Below are positions 1 to 9,619 of a stretch of DNA of 64,000 nt, in pieces. The notes under the pieces were generated by a model. The model was not told where the DNA came from, did no database searches, and saw nothing but the letters and a program-made list of their open reading frames with translations. Made by a program: the position numbers and the translations under genes. Positions within the stretch are counted from its first letter, which is position 1, and every line of letters begins with the position of its first letter. Source of the stretch: Nitrospirota bacterium (GTDB lineage Bacteria > Nitrospirota > UBA9217); assembly GCA_963749655.1 (NCBI GenBank), contig CAVVOB010000020.1, positions 64,001-128,000 on the forward strand, in the 5' to 3' direction.

Positions 1-1198
1 TTTCCGGTCGATGATCCTGATGTGCCCGGACTGGTCGATGGAGGCCACGTCGCCGGTATAGCAGCCAGCCGTCGCGGATGGTCTTTGCCGTGTCCTCGGG
101 TTTGTTCAGATACCCCTGCATCACGTTCGGGCCTTTCACCAGCAGTTCACCGGCAATTCCGGGCGGAAGCTGGGTGCCGCTGTCATCCACGACTTTGACC
201 TCGATGCCGGGAAGCGGCAGGCCGACGGTGCCGGGCTTTCTCCTGTCCTTTTCCAGTGGGTTGATCGACACCACGGGCGAGGCCTCGGTCAGGCCGTACC
301 CTTCAAGAAGGGGCACCTTGAACGCCTGCTCGAATTCATGGATCACCTTCACCGGCAGCGGCGCCGCGCCGGATACGCAAAGCCGCAGGTTCAGCAGGAG
401 CTTTACGAAGAAGGGCATGTTCTTTTCAGCCAGGATCTTGTAGACCGTGGGGATCGCGACAAAGAGCGTGATGCGGTCCACGATCAGGCTCTTCACGACG
501 CGGGAAAAAGGCCGGACCGAAGCAAGGAGCGAGATCATGGCGCCGGTGATAAGCGGAAGGATCACGCAGACGGTATAGGTGAAGGAATGGAACAGCGGCA
601 GGAACACGACGAAGCGGTCCTTGTGCGTGACGTGGATTACTTCAGTGGCAGCCAGGGCGTTGGACAGGATGTTCCGGTGGGTAAGGAGCGCGCCTTTGGG
701 CCTCCCTGTGGTGCCCGACGTATAGAGGATGGTCGAAATGTCGTCGGCGGTACGGGGTGGCGGCGTAAAGGATCCGTCCTGCGTTTTTGCCTGTGCAATT
801 TCGGAGAGCGTGAACAAGGCACGCGCGTTGTTGGGGGGCAGCTTCTGCGCCGTGCCGGAGCAGTCAGCATCATAGAGGCAAATGGTGACGCCCGCGTCAT
901 TCAGGATGAAATCGATCTCATCGGCGGTAAGCAGGTTGTTCAGCGGCAGGACGATTCCGCCTCCCCGGATGATGCCGAAGTAGGCTGCGATATAATGCGG
1001 GCAGTTGTGGCACAGGAGCGCGACCCGGTCTCCCCGCCGCATGCCTCGTTTTACGAGTTCGCCGGCGAAGTGGGTGGCCAGGCGGTCCATTTCCTTGTAG
1101 GAGAATTTTGTGCCTTCAAATTTGACGAACGTTGCCCGGGGGGTCAGAACGGCACGTTTCTGCAGGACCTGATCGAGAGGAATGATCTCTTTTATCAT
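1..1198 (-). CDS. long-chain fatty acid--CoA ligase (3' end runs off the window)
   Basis: Manual translation from ATG 1198: MIKEIIPLDQ...ILYTSGTTGRPKG...EGYGLTEASP...GWLHTGD; ANL-family AMP-binding motifs. Absent from the ORF track because it has no stop in the window. Confidence 0.9.
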   Translation of the reverse strand, partial: MIKEIIPLDQVLQKRAVLTPRATFVKFEGTKFSYKEMDRLATHFAGELVKRGMRRGDRVALLCHNCPHYIAAYFGIIRGGGIVLPLNNLLTADEIDFILNDAGVTICLYDADCSGTAQKLPPNNARALFTLSEIAQAKTQDGSFTPPPRTADDISTILYTSGTTGRPKGALLTHRNILSNALAATEVIHVTHKDRFVVFLPLFHSFTYTVCVILPLITGAMISLLASVRPFSRVVKSLIVDRITLFVAIPTVYKILAEKNMPFFVKLLLNLRLCVSGAAPLPVKVIHEFEQAFKVPLLEGYGLTEASPVVSINPLEKDRRKPGTVGLPLPGIEVKVVDDSGTQLPPGIAGELLVKGPNVMQGYLNKPEDTAKTIRDGWLLYRRRGLHRPVRAHQDHRPE

Positions 1199-1330
1199 GT
1201 GCGGCAGTATAACACAGACCTGAGGAGGGGAAAAGCGAAAAATTGCATTATTATTGGAACGAGTTCGAGGCCGGGTCCTCCGGAGCCTTTTACGAGCGCC
1301 GCTTTTCCGGTTCCCTCATCCGCACGTTTC

Positions 1331-1360
1331 TTGACAATATAACGGGATAAGGCGTATCCT
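1331..1360 (+). promoter_or_regulatory. putative sigma70 promoter for tpx
   Basis: TTGACA 1331-1336, 18 nt spacer, TATCCT 1355-1360; GGAGG RBS before ATG 1416. Confidence 0.55.
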
Positions 1361-1415
1361 GTATTCAGGAGGGTGTTTTGCAGAGCAGCCTTTCTGCTAC
1401 GGAAGGAGGCCCCCT

Positions 1416-1949
1416 ATGGAACGGACGGGTGTTATTACGAGGAAAGGAACGCCGCTCACCCTGATCGGGCAGGATATCAAGGTGGGGGACAGGGCGCCGG
1501 ATTTTTCCGTCCTTGACAGCGAGCTGCACGAAGTCCGGTTGGGAGATTTTGCAGGCGGAGTTGTAAAACTCATCAGCGTGACGCCGTCGCTTGACACGCC
1601 GGTCTGCGACCTCCAGCTTCGTCGGTTCAATCGCGAGGCGGCATCGCTGCCGAAGGACGTGGTCGTGTTGAACATCAGTATGGACCTTCCCTTTGCGATT
1701 TCGAGGTTCTGCACAACCGCGGGGATCGACCGGGCGAAGGCGCTCTCGGACTATCGCGAGGCATCGTTTGGAACGGCCTATGGCGTGCTGATCAAGGAGC
1801 TTCGTCTCCTTGCACGGTCGATTTTCATCGTGGACAAGGACAATATCGTGCGGTACAAGGAGATTGTTCCGGAACTGTCCGATCATCCGGATTACGAACG
1901 GGCGCTTGCGGCGCTGGGAAAACTTACGCACAGCGAACAGGCCGCCTGA
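1416..1949 (+). CDS. tpx: thiol peroxidase (atypical 2-Cys peroxiredoxin)
   Basis: PSLDTPVC and SMDLPFA..RFC motifs, LLARSIF. Confidence 0.93.
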   Translation: MERTGVITRKGTPLTLIGQDIKVGDRAPDFSVLDSELHEVRLGDFAGGVVKLISVTPSLDTPVCDLQLRRFNREAASLPKDVVVLNISMDLPFAISRFCTTAGIDRAKALSDYREASFGTAYGVLIKELRLLARSIFIVDKDNIVRYKEIVPELSDHPDYERALAALGKLTHSEQAA

Positions 1950-1994
1950 TCATGAGCCGGGATGGAATGTGCAGCGGTTTTGCGGGAAGGAATT

Positions 1995-2036
1995 AAAAAA
2001 ACGGCAGGCTCCGGTACTATCCGGCGCCTGCCGTTT
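1995..2036 (-). terminator. intrinsic terminator (csp; possibly bidirectional)
   Basis: AAAAAAA-CGGCAGGC...GCCTGCCG-TTT stem between convergent tpx and csp. Confidence 0.75.
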
Positions 2037-2048
2037 CGAAGTTGAAGC

Positions 2049-2249
2049 TTAGAGTTTTACGACGTTTGCCGCTTTGGGACCCTTGGGGCTGTCAACAACG
2101 TCGAATGTCACATTCTGACCCTCGGCCAACGACTTGAAGCCGCTGTCCTGGATGTCGGAAAAGTGGACAAAAACATCTCCGCCGTCTTCTTTGGTAATGA
2201 ATCCAAATCCCTTGGAATCATTGAACCACTTAACGGTTCCTTTTGCCAT
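2049..2249 (-). CDS. cold-shock protein
   Basis: [15 protein letters not shown]...DVFVHFS RNP motifs. Confidence 0.97.
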   Translation of the reverse strand: MAKGTVKWFNDSKGFGFITKEDGGDVFVHFSDIQDSGFKSLAEGQNVTFDVVDSPKGPKAANVVKL

Positions 2250-2363
2250 TCAGGTTGAACCTCCTTCTTTGGATATTGAAGATAACGGAAATGTCGAAAA
2301 AAAAGCCGCAAAGCGTAAATCTTTGCGACATTCTTGCAACAAAGACTTCCGAACTTCGGCAGA

Positions 2364-2392
2364 ATCATCCCATAAGCATTAAAAAATGTCAA
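2364..2392 (-). promoter_or_regulatory. putative sigma70 promoter of csp, giving a ~105 nt 5' UTR
   Basis: Minus strand TTGACA, 17 nt, TGn-GATGAT. Confidence 0.6.
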
Positions 2393-2544
2393 GCGTAATT
2401 TCCCGAAGCCTGAGACCTATCGCGAAGGATTGTTTTGAACGCAGAGCCGCGGTCGCCGTAAGCATCGCTGCTTTACGTTACGGGGGTGTTTCTAGTATAC
2501 TTGATTACAGAGTCAGCCCAGATCAGAGATTGCAAGGAGAACGC

Positions 2545-4389
2545 ATGGCCCCCCCACGAAAGAAGGCGGCGAAGAAAACCCTGCTCAGGACCGGAAGAAC
2601 CGTCTGGAATCTCAGCCCGTTATTCGACAATGACAACGATCCGCGCATGGCGACCCGGCGAAAGATCATTGAACGGAAGAGCTACGAATTCATCAACGCC
2701 TGGAAGGACCGGAACGACTATCTTGAGGACCCGGCGCTGCTGCTGCAGGCCCTGAAGCAGTATGAGCTCTGGAAACGCCTCTACGGCTCCGACGGCGACG
2801 AAGGGTACTATTTCTGGCTGCGCACCCAGCAGGACCAGAACGATCCGAGGCTGAAGGCGAAGTTCAACAAGATAGAGGAATTCAGCAAGAAGATCGAGAA
2901 CGATATCCAGTTCTTTTACCTCCGCATTGCGCGGATCAAGCAGGCAGACCAGACCCGGTTCCTGGATTATGCCGGACTGGCGCCCTACCGCCATTACCTG
3001 GAACGGATCTTTGCCGAATCACGGTACCATCTGAGCGAAGGGGAAGAGAAGATCCTGAACCTCAAATCAGCGACCTCCTACGCTAACTGGACCAAGCTGA
3101 CATCGGGCTTTCTTTCCCGCGAAGAGCGTGTTGTCGTCACGGAGAGCGGCGCCAGAAAGAGCAGGCCTTTCAGCGAGATCGTCGGGCTGATGAACAGCAG
3201 GGAGAAGCGCGTGCGCGATTCCTCGGCCCGGGCCTTCAACGAGATCCTGTCGAAGAACGTCGACATCGCCGAGGCTGAGCTCAATTCCGTTCTCGCAAAC
3301 AAGAAGATCGACGATGAGCTGCGGGGCGCGCCCCGGCCCGATACGCTGCGGCATCTGTCCGACGACATCGACAGCGTAGTCGTGGACACCCTTGTCAGCA
3401 CGGTAAGCAGCCGTTTTGATATCCCGGCCCGGTTTTATGCGCTCAAGGCCAGGCTGCTCAAGGTCAAACGGCTCGAATACCACGAACGGAACGTGGAATA
3501 CGGGGTCATCGCCAAACGCTATCCTTATCCGCAGGCCGTGAACCTGGTCCTGACGGTCATGAACAATCTCGACAGCGAGTTCGGGAGCATTTTTTCAGGA
3601 TTCGTCAGGAACGGACAGGTCGATGTCTTCCCGCGGAAGGGCAAGGACAGCGGCGCCTTCTGCATGCACCATCTCATGACCCAGCCCACGTACATCCTGC
3701 TGAACCATGCGAACAAGCTGCATGACGTCCTGACCATCGCCCACGAGCTGGGGCACGGCATCAACAACGAGCTTATCCGTGAAAAACAGAACGCCCTCAA
3801 CTTCGGGACGCCGACTTCGACCGCCGAGGTTGCGAGCACCTTCATGGAGGACTTCGTGCTCGACGAGATACTCAGGAATGCCGATGACGAACTGCGTCTT
3901 GCCATCATGATGCAGAAACTGAACGACGACGTGTCGTCCATTTTCCGTCAGGTGGCGTGCTACCGGTTCGAACAGGAGCTGCACGGGGAAGCACGGAAAC
4001 GGGGGTACCTCGCGAAGAAGGAAATCGGAAAATTGTTCAGCGCGCACATGGCAGCGTATATGGGGAATGCCGTAGAACAGTCCGAAGGATCGGAGAATTG
4101 GTGGGCCTACTGGAGCCATATCCGGTATTTTTTCTATGTTTATTCCTATGCGAGCGGGCTTTTGATCTCCAAATCGCTCCAGAATGGGGTTAAAAAGAAC
4201 CCTGCGTTCATCGGCAACGTCAAGGAGTTCCTGTCAGCAGGACTGTCGGACTCGCCGAAAAACATTTTTTTAAAGCTCGGGATCGACATCGGAGACAGCC
4301 GGTTCTGGAACAGGGGACTCGATGAAGTGGAGAAGCTTTTGACCGACACGGAGCAGTTGGCTAGAAAACTGGGAAAGATAAAGAAGTAA
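2545..4389 (+). CDS. pepF: oligoendopeptidase F (M3B family)
   Basis: HELGH zinc motif, AEVASTF, FYVYSYASG; AAGGAG RBS before ATG 2545. Confidence 0.9.
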   Translation: MAPPRKKAAKKTLLRTGRTVWNLSPLFDNDNDPRMATRRKIIERKSYEFINAWKDRNDYLEDPALLLQALKQYELWKRLYGSDGDEGYYFWLRTQQDQNDPRLKAKFNKIEEFSKKIENDIQFFYLRIARIKQADQTRFLDYAGLAPYRHYLERIFAESRYHLSEGEEKILNLKSATSYANWTKLTSGFLSREERVVVTESGARKSRPFSEIVGLMNSREKRVRDSSARAFNEILSKNVDIAEAELNSVLANKKIDDELRGAPRPDTLRHLSDDIDSVVVDTLVSTVSSRFDIPARFYALKARLLKVKRLEYHERNVEYGVIAKRYPYPQAVNLVLTVMNNLDSEFGSIFSGFVRNGQVDVFPRKGKDSGAFCMHHLMTQPTYILLNHANKLHDVLTIAHELGHGINNELIREKQNALNFGTPTSTAEVASTFMEDFVLDEILRNADDELRLAIMMQKLNDDVSSIFRQVACYRFEQELHGEARKRGYLAKKEIGKLFSAHMAAYMGNAVEQSEGSENWWAYWSHIRYFFYVYSYASGLLISKSLQNGVKKNPAFIGNVKEFLSAGLSDSPKNIFLKLGIDIGDSRFWNRGLDEVEKLLTDTEQLARKLGKIKK

Positions 4390-4404
4390 AATAAATGGTG
4401 ACGA

Positions 4405-4433
4405 TCCCGGCTTGTCGGGACGTTCTGACGGGA
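4405..4433. repeat. palindrome-containing 29-bp repeat, copy 1 (copy 2 at 4481-4509)
   Basis: TCCCGGCTTGTCGGGACGTTCTGACGGGA vs TCCCGACTTGTCGGGACGTTCTAACGGGA. Confidence 0.85.
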
Positions 4434-4441
4434 TTGCGAAT

Positions 4442-4505
4442 TTTGAATGGCGGGGCGGACGGGGCTCGAACCCGCGACCTTCCCGACTTGTCGGGACGTT
4501 CTAAC
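4442..4505 (-). pseudogene. partial tRNA-Asp duplicate with the anticodon arm replaced by a 16-nt palindrome
   Basis: 4442-4480 is identical to 4771-4809 and 4497-4505 is identical to 4827-4835; the intervening anticodon arm is replaced by TCCCGACTTGTCGGGA. Confidence 0.85.
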
Positions 4506-4752
4506 GGGACGTGGTGATCATCTTCAGAAGCAGGTCTCTTCTGCGAAACGAATTCAGTTCCGCTTCTCGTCTTACTGCTGGTGCCCTCGTGTCGAACGAT
4601 TCGGAATAGAGCACCTTCCAGGGTTTTTTCGATTTTGTGTAGATTGATCTGCCCTGATTGTGCCGAAGGAGTCGCTCCTCCAGGTTTGACGTCTGGCCGA
4701 TATACAGGGAATCGTCCACGTCACTCTGCAGAATATAGACGGAGAAGGGCAT
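4501..4752 (-). CDS. small GIY-YIG nuclease family protein
   Basis: VYILQS...LYIGQT..LEERL.RHN.G...YTK..KPW...RE pattern, 83 aa. Confidence 0.9.
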   Translation of the reverse strand: MPFSVYILQSDVDDSLYIGQTSNLEERLLRHNQGRSIYTKSKKPWKVLYSESFDTRAPAVRREAELNSFRRRDLLLKMITTSR

Positions 4753-4776
4753 GGCGAAGGCGAGTGAGAATTTGAA

Positions 4777-4853
<77 letters not shown>

Positions 4854-4858
4854 AAATC

Positions 4859-4926
4859 GAGTTATGAGTGTTGAGTCGTGAGTTTGTAGTTTAAACCAGG
4901 AACTAAGAACTAAAAACTCAAAACTG
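4859..4926. repeat. imperfect inverted heptamer arrays in the tRNA spacer
   Basis: GAGTTAT GAGTGTT GAGTCGT GAGTTTG ... AACTAAG AACTAAA AACTCAA AACTG. Confidence 0.7.
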
Positions 4927-4934
4927 TTTTTTTC

Positions 4935-5010
4935 TGGTAGGCGGAACAGGGATCGAACCTGTGACCCCAGCCTTGTAAGGGCTGTGCTCTCCCAGCTGAG
5001 CTATCCGCCC
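4935..5010 (-). tRNA. tRNA-Val(TAC)
   Basis: GGGCGGATAGCTCAGCTGGGAGAGCACAGCCCTTACAAGGCTGGGGTCACAGGTTCGATCCCTGTTCCGCCTACCA. Confidence 0.97.
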
Positions 5011-5037
5011 GGTTCTTCTACCAAAGTTGAGACACGT

Positions 5038-5066
5038 AATATCTTATATTCCGTCAAAAATGTCAA
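5038..5066 (-). promoter_or_regulatory. putative promoter of the tRNA-Val/Asp operon
   Basis: Minus strand TTGACA, 17 nt, GATATT. Confidence 0.5.
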
Positions 5067-5073
5067 GCAAAAT

Positions 5074-5586
5074 TTAGTTTTCGTCAGGTTCCTGCCCCCT
5101 GATTCCCGGTGCCGTTTTCCTGAGCGCGGTCCCGGTCATGATCAGAAATACCCCGTCGGCGAGGAGCACGAGATTCAGCACGGCGGACAAGGCGTGGAGC
5201 CGGGCGAAGGCTTGTCGTGCCGGCGCGTCCAGTGACTCTTTTTCGAAGGAAGAAACCTGCTGCCGCGCGCGGTACGCCGCGGGCTCCAGTTTGAATACGA
5301 TCACCGCATTGATGACAAGCGCGAGTACCAGCAGGGTCTGGGAAAAGCGGGCCAGGGGGCTCTTTCGGTCGTCAGCAACGGTGAAGAACAGGATGTAGGC
5401 AAGGACGGCGAGAACCATCGTAGAGAGAAAATACCCCGGGAAAAGCTCTCCGACGATTTCGGCGGCAGCGTCGCGGTGGAAGGATTTGAATATTGCCGGC
5501 GTGACGATGAAGGTGAACAGAGCCATGCCGCCCACCCAGAGGGCGAGAACGAGGTTGTATAAGGCGTACCATCTGCTTTTCATCAT
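5074..5586 (-). CDS. DUF4149/TMEM205-like membrane protein
   Basis: LWVGGM..FTFIVTPAIF...FP.YF...FARLHALS; four hydrophobic segments. Confidence 0.8.
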   Translation of the reverse strand: MMKSRWYALYNLVLALWVGGMALFTFIVTPAIFKSFHRDAAAEIVGELFPGYFLSTMVLAVLAYILFFTVADDRKSPLARFSQTLLVLALVINAVIVFKLEPAAYRARQQVSSFEKESLDAPARQAFARLHALSAVLNLVLLADGVFLIMTGTALRKTAPGIRGQEPDEN

Positions 5587-5644
5587 CGCTCCTTGCCGCG
5601 CGTTTCATGCCTGCATCGGCGCCTCTCCTGCAGGCCGGGGCGCG

Positions 5645-7540
5645 TCACTCCCTGAACGACATGATCAATTCGTACATGCCGCCGTCGCTCCGTTTCTCGA
5701 TGTTGAACCCCATTTTTTCAAACAGCTGGAGCATCTGCCTGTTTTCCGTAAGGACCGCCGCGGTAAATCCAAGAAGGCCCTGTTTTTTAGCGATGTAGGT
5801 AACGTAGGAGAGCAGCACGGCCCCGATCCCCTTACCCTGGTAGTCGTCGCGCACGACGAAGGCCACTTCAGCGGTGTGCGTTGTCTGGTCGATCAGGTAT
5901 TGGGCCATGCCCACGATCAGTTCCTTCTCCTCATGCGGGAGCACGGCGAGGATCACCATTTCCTTTGTGTAGTCGATGACCACAAAGGGCTGGAGCCGGT
6001 CATGGTGCATGTCGGTTCGTGTGGAAATAAACCGGCGGTACATGGAATCGTTCGACAGGGAATAAAAAAAGTCTTTCAAAAGCGGTTCGTCGGAAAGCTT
6101 GACCGGCCGGAGCAGGACGGTCAAGCCGGTCTTCGTCGTGCGGGAACGTTCGAGATCCTCCGGATAGACCCCCTGGACACCGGGGATGAACGCCTGGTCC
6201 CGGTAGATGAGGCCGCGTTCCTTTGCCTGCTCGATGAGCCATTCGCGGAACCGCGGGTGCGCGATGGAGATGAGGTCCATGGCCCGCTCGCGGATGTTTT
6301 TGCCGTGGAGGTAGGCGATCCCGTATTCGGTGATCACGTAATGGATATCGCCGCGGGAGAGCGTCACGCCCGCGCCTTCGCGCAGGTAGGGCACGATGCG
6401 CGAGACCTCTCCGTTTTCCGCCGTCGATTGGAGAGCAAGGATGGTTTTGCCTCCCTGGGACAGGATGGCGCCGCGCATAAAATCGGCCTGCCCGCCGATG
6501 CCGCTGTAGAATTTTCTGCCGATATTTTCCGCCGTGGCCTGGCCCGAGAGGTCGATCTCGAGGGCGCTGTTGATGGCGGTCATGTTTTTCTGGCGCGCCA
6601 GCACCGTCGGATTGTTCGTATAGTTGACGGGCCTGAACTCGATCGCCGGGTTGTCGTGGAGGTAGTCGTAGGTGTCCTGCTTTCCCATGCAGAAGGCGGC
6701 GACGGTCTTGCCGCGGTTCAGCTCCTTGCGTGAATTATCGATGACGCGCGCCCGCATGAGCTCGACGATCCCCTCGGTCAGCAACTCGGTATGTACGCCC
6801 AGATGCTCCTTGTTTTTGAGGTGCGCGAGGATCGCGTTGGGGATGCTGCCGTAGCCGACCTGTATGGTGTCTCCGTCCTGGACGATGCGCGCGACGTAGG
6901 TGCCGATCTTCTGGGAGATATCGTCTGCTACGGTGTCCTCGTATTCCAGAAGCGGCTCATCAAAGGGAATGATGAAGTCCACCTCTTTGATGTTGATGAA
7001 CGTATCGCCGAGGACGCGGGGCATGCGGGGATTCACCTGGGCAATCACGAGCGCCGCGTTTTCCGAGGCCGCCTTCACGATATCCACACTGATGCCCAGG
7101 CTCATGAAGCCGTGCTCGTCGGGCATCGACGTCTGAATGAGCGCAACATCGACAGGCACGAGCTTTCGCTGGAACAGGGCGGGCACCTGGGAGAGAAAGA
7201 CCGGGGTGTAGTCCGCCAGCCCCCGGTTCACCGCCTCGCGGGTGTTGTTCCCGATGAAGAAGGAATTGTGCCGGAAGTTGTCCTTGAATTTCTCGTCCGC
7301 ATAAGGGGCCACGCCCAGGGTCCACACCTGCAGGAGTTCGGCGTCGAAGAAGGCCTTCGGATGGGACCCCACGTAGTTGATCAGGGCTTTGACGAGGTAT
7401 TGCGGTTCGCCGCAGCCCGTTCCGATAAAAATCCGGTTGCCGGGGTGGATCGTACCGAAGATCCGCTCTTCCGTCGGGAACTTCTCCGGATAGAGCGCCT
7501 TGACGGACTCCATCTTTTTTTGCCACTGGTCTGCTGACAC
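5645..7540 (-). CDS. acetyl-CoA hydrolase/transferase fused to a C-terminal GNAT domain
   Basis: TIQVGYGSIP, GVHTE, SGIGGQADF, VITEYG; C-terminal AEVAFVVRDDYQGKGIG; GTG start after GGGGAGG. Confidence 0.9.
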   Translation of the reverse strand: MSADQWQKKMESVKALYPEKFPTEERIFGTIHPGNRIFIGTGCGEPQYLVKALINYVGSHPKAFFDAELLQVWTLGVAPYADEKFKDNFRHNSFFIGNNTREAVNRGLADYTPVFLSQVPALFQRKLVPVDVALIQTSMPDEHGFMSLGISVDIVKAASENAALVIAQVNPRMPRVLGDTFINIKEVDFIIPFDEPLLEYEDTVADDISQKIGTYVARIVQDGDTIQVGYGSIPNAILAHLKNKEHLGVHTELLTEGIVELMRARVIDNSRKELNRGKTVAAFCMGKQDTYDYLHDNPAIEFRPVNYTNNPTVLARQKNMTAINSALEIDLSGQATAENIGRKFYSGIGGQADFMRGAILSQGGKTILALQSTAENGEVSRIVPYLREGAGVTLSRGDIHYVITEYGIAYLHGKNIRERAMDLISIAHPRFREWLIEQAKERGLIYRDQAFIPGVQGVYPEDLERSRTTKTGLTVLLRPVKLSDEPLLKDFFYSLSNDSMYRRFISTRTDMHHDRLQPFVVIDYTKEMVILAVLPHEEKELIVGMAQYLIDQTTHTAEVAFVVRDDYQGKGIGAVLLSYVTYIAKKQGLLGFTAAVLTENRQMLQLFEKMGFNIEKRSDGGMYELIMSFRE

Positions 7541-7701
7541 GCTGCAACACCTCCCCGTCCTATCAGGAAGTATAGCAGAAGGCCGTCGCGGATGAAAGAA
7601 ACCGCAGCCTTCGGGGAAAGGCCTTTTCCCTCCGGAGTGTTTATGTTATAGTATGTGATGAGAGCCGTCTGTCACATCCATTTCTCTTGAGGAGCCTGTG
7701 C

Positions 7702-8061
7702 ATGGAGCGCGTTGCCTTCGTTCATCATAAGGGCGCCGAGATCCTGTTTCTGGATTTCTCCCGGTGCAAGACCGACGAGGTGTTCCCCATCATAGCAAAA
7801 GCGACAACGGTCATCGCATCCCGTCCGCCCCAGTCGCTCCTCACCCTGACGGACGTGACCGATATGCGGTTCGACGACAGCGTGAGCCAGCGGATGAAGG
7901 AGTTTACCGCCCATAACAAACCCTACGTGAGGGCTGCGGCCGTCGTCGGCGTCACGGGCATCAAGAGGATCATATTCGAGGCGATCCTGCTTTTTTCGAG
8001 ACGGAAGCTTCATACCTTCGATTCCCTCGAGTTGGCGAAGGAGTGGCTGGCAAAACAGTGA
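7702..8061 (+). CDS. hypothetical protein (STAS/SEC14-like small alpha/beta protein)
   Basis: GAGGAG RBS; HKG.EILFLDFS...LTDVT...AAVVGVTG..R pattern. Confidence 0.65.
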   Translation: MERVAFVHHKGAEILFLDFSRCKTDEVFPIIAKATTVIASRPPQSLLTLTDVTDMRFDDSVSQRMKEFTAHNKPYVRAAAVVGVTGIKRIIFEAILLFSRRKLHTFDSLELAKEWLAKQ

Positions 8062-8149
8062 CCGCGCCGGCCGATAAACGTCGGTCCGCGAGCCACCCGG
8101 CTTCCCTGTCCCCCCGACTTTCCCAGGCCCGTCGCTGAATGGAACCCGC

Positions 8150-9499
8150 ATGAAAAAGAGAGTCACCGAACAAACGGTCCTGTTCCTGAGCGTCGTGAAG
8201 TGGGTTGTCCTTGCCACGATTATCGGCTGTTTCGTCGGGTTTACGACCACACTGTTCGTCAAGGGGCTTGCGTGGTCCGAGTCCCTTCATGCGCTGCACC
8301 CGCTTTATTATCTTGTCCTTCCTCTCTCAATGTTCATAACGGCGTGGCTCGGCCATCAGTATCTGCCGTCGTCGGATGCGCACAGCACGAATAAAGTGAT
8401 CGCTGTCATACATGAATCCGGAAGCATATCGCCGGCGTCCATACTCAAGGCGTTTTTCCTCCCGATCGCGACCATTGCGAGCGGCGGCTCGGCGGGCAAG
8501 GAAGCGCCCTGCGCCGACGTGGGCGCGGGCGTAGGGTTCTGGATGGGAAGGCTGCTCCGGCTCAACCAGGAAGACCGGCGGAAGCTGATGATCTGCGGCG
8601 TAAGCGCGGGTTTTGCGAGCGTCTTCGGCGTGCCGATCGCCGGCGCACTGTTCGGCGTTGAAGTGCTCTTTGTCGGCGGTCTTCTGTACGAAGTGATCCT
8701 GCCGTCCTTTGTCGCCGGCATCACTGCGTACCAGATCTCATCGACGCTCGGAATCACCTATTTCTACCTTCCCCTGCCCGCAATACTGCATTTTACCGAA
8801 GCATTCTTCCTCAAGGTAATCCTCGCAGCGATTTTTTTCGGCATCGGTGCAGCCCTGTTCATCGAAATCATGAAGTCGATAAAACATTCAGCGGACAAGG
8901 TTTCCGTTCCTTTCCCTGTCAAAGGGCTGATCGGCGGCGGGCTGCTGGTCGTTCTTGTTTTTCTGTCGTCAACCCGCTACCTTGGCCTCGGTCTCGACAC
9001 GATCCAGGCGGCGTTGCACGGCGCCTCCGTCCGCTGGTATGATCCCCTCATGAAAACGCTCTTCACCGGCATAACGCTCGCCTTCGGCGGCATCGGCGGG
9101 ATCATCACGCCCATCCTGTTCGTGGGTACGGCTTCCGGCGCCGTCTTTGCCGGGCTCTTTCATCTCGATACGGGAATGTTTGCCGCGCTGGGCATGGTCT
9201 GCTTCCTGTCCGGGGCCGCGAACACCCCCATTTCGGCAAGCATCATGGCAATGGAGCTGTTCGGCCCGGCAATCGCGCCCTATGCAACCGTTGCCTGTAT
9301 CATCAGCTTCCTCATGACAGGCCACCGCAGCATCTATCCCGCCCAGGTCCTCTCCATAAAAAAATCGTCCTCGCTCCAGGTACGCCGCGGCGAACCTATG
9401 GGCAGGATCGAGGCTGTTTACGAACCGCAGGGTCAGACTCTGGTCGCTGCGATCGGGAACTGCCTCGGCAGACTGATAAAACGAAAAGAAGGGAAATAA
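8150..9499 (+). CDS. ClC-family chloride/anion channel protein
   Basis: GGSAGKEAP, SAGFASVFGVPIAGALFGVE, GAANTPISAS..AMELFG. Confidence 0.9.
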   Translation: MKKRVTEQTVLFLSVVKWVVLATIIGCFVGFTTTLFVKGLAWSESLHALHPLYYLVLPLSMFITAWLGHQYLPSSDAHSTNKVIAVIHESGSISPASILKAFFLPIATIASGGSAGKEAPCADVGAGVGFWMGRLLRLNQEDRRKLMICGVSAGFASVFGVPIAGALFGVEVLFVGGLLYEVILPSFVAGITAYQISSTLGITYFYLPLPAILHFTEAFFLKVILAAIFFGIGAALFIEIMKSIKHSADKVSVPFPVKGLIGGGLLVVLVFLSSTRYLGLGLDTIQAALHGASVRWYDPLMKTLFTGITLAFGGIGGIITPILFVGTASGAVFAGLFHLDTGMFAALGMVCFLSGAANTPISASIMAMELFGPAIAPYATVACIISFLMTGHRSIYPAQVLSIKKSSSLQVRRGEPMGRIEAVYEPQGQTLVAAIGNCLGRLIKRKEGK

Positions 9500-9619
9500 C
9501 GCCGGGTCCATCCGGTGCGTCCGCAGGAACTTCCGGGGGTATCACGAGCGCAAACGTCCGGCATTATTCCCTCTTCACCCTTGACCCTCCGTCGTTTCTC
9601 TACTACACTATAGTTCATC

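Noticed and set aside
338-1342. Long antisense ORFs (also 5486-6733, 22517-23806, 37076-39235 and others)
   Set aside because: Shadow frames of GC-rich genes on the opposite strand, with no recognisable motifs.
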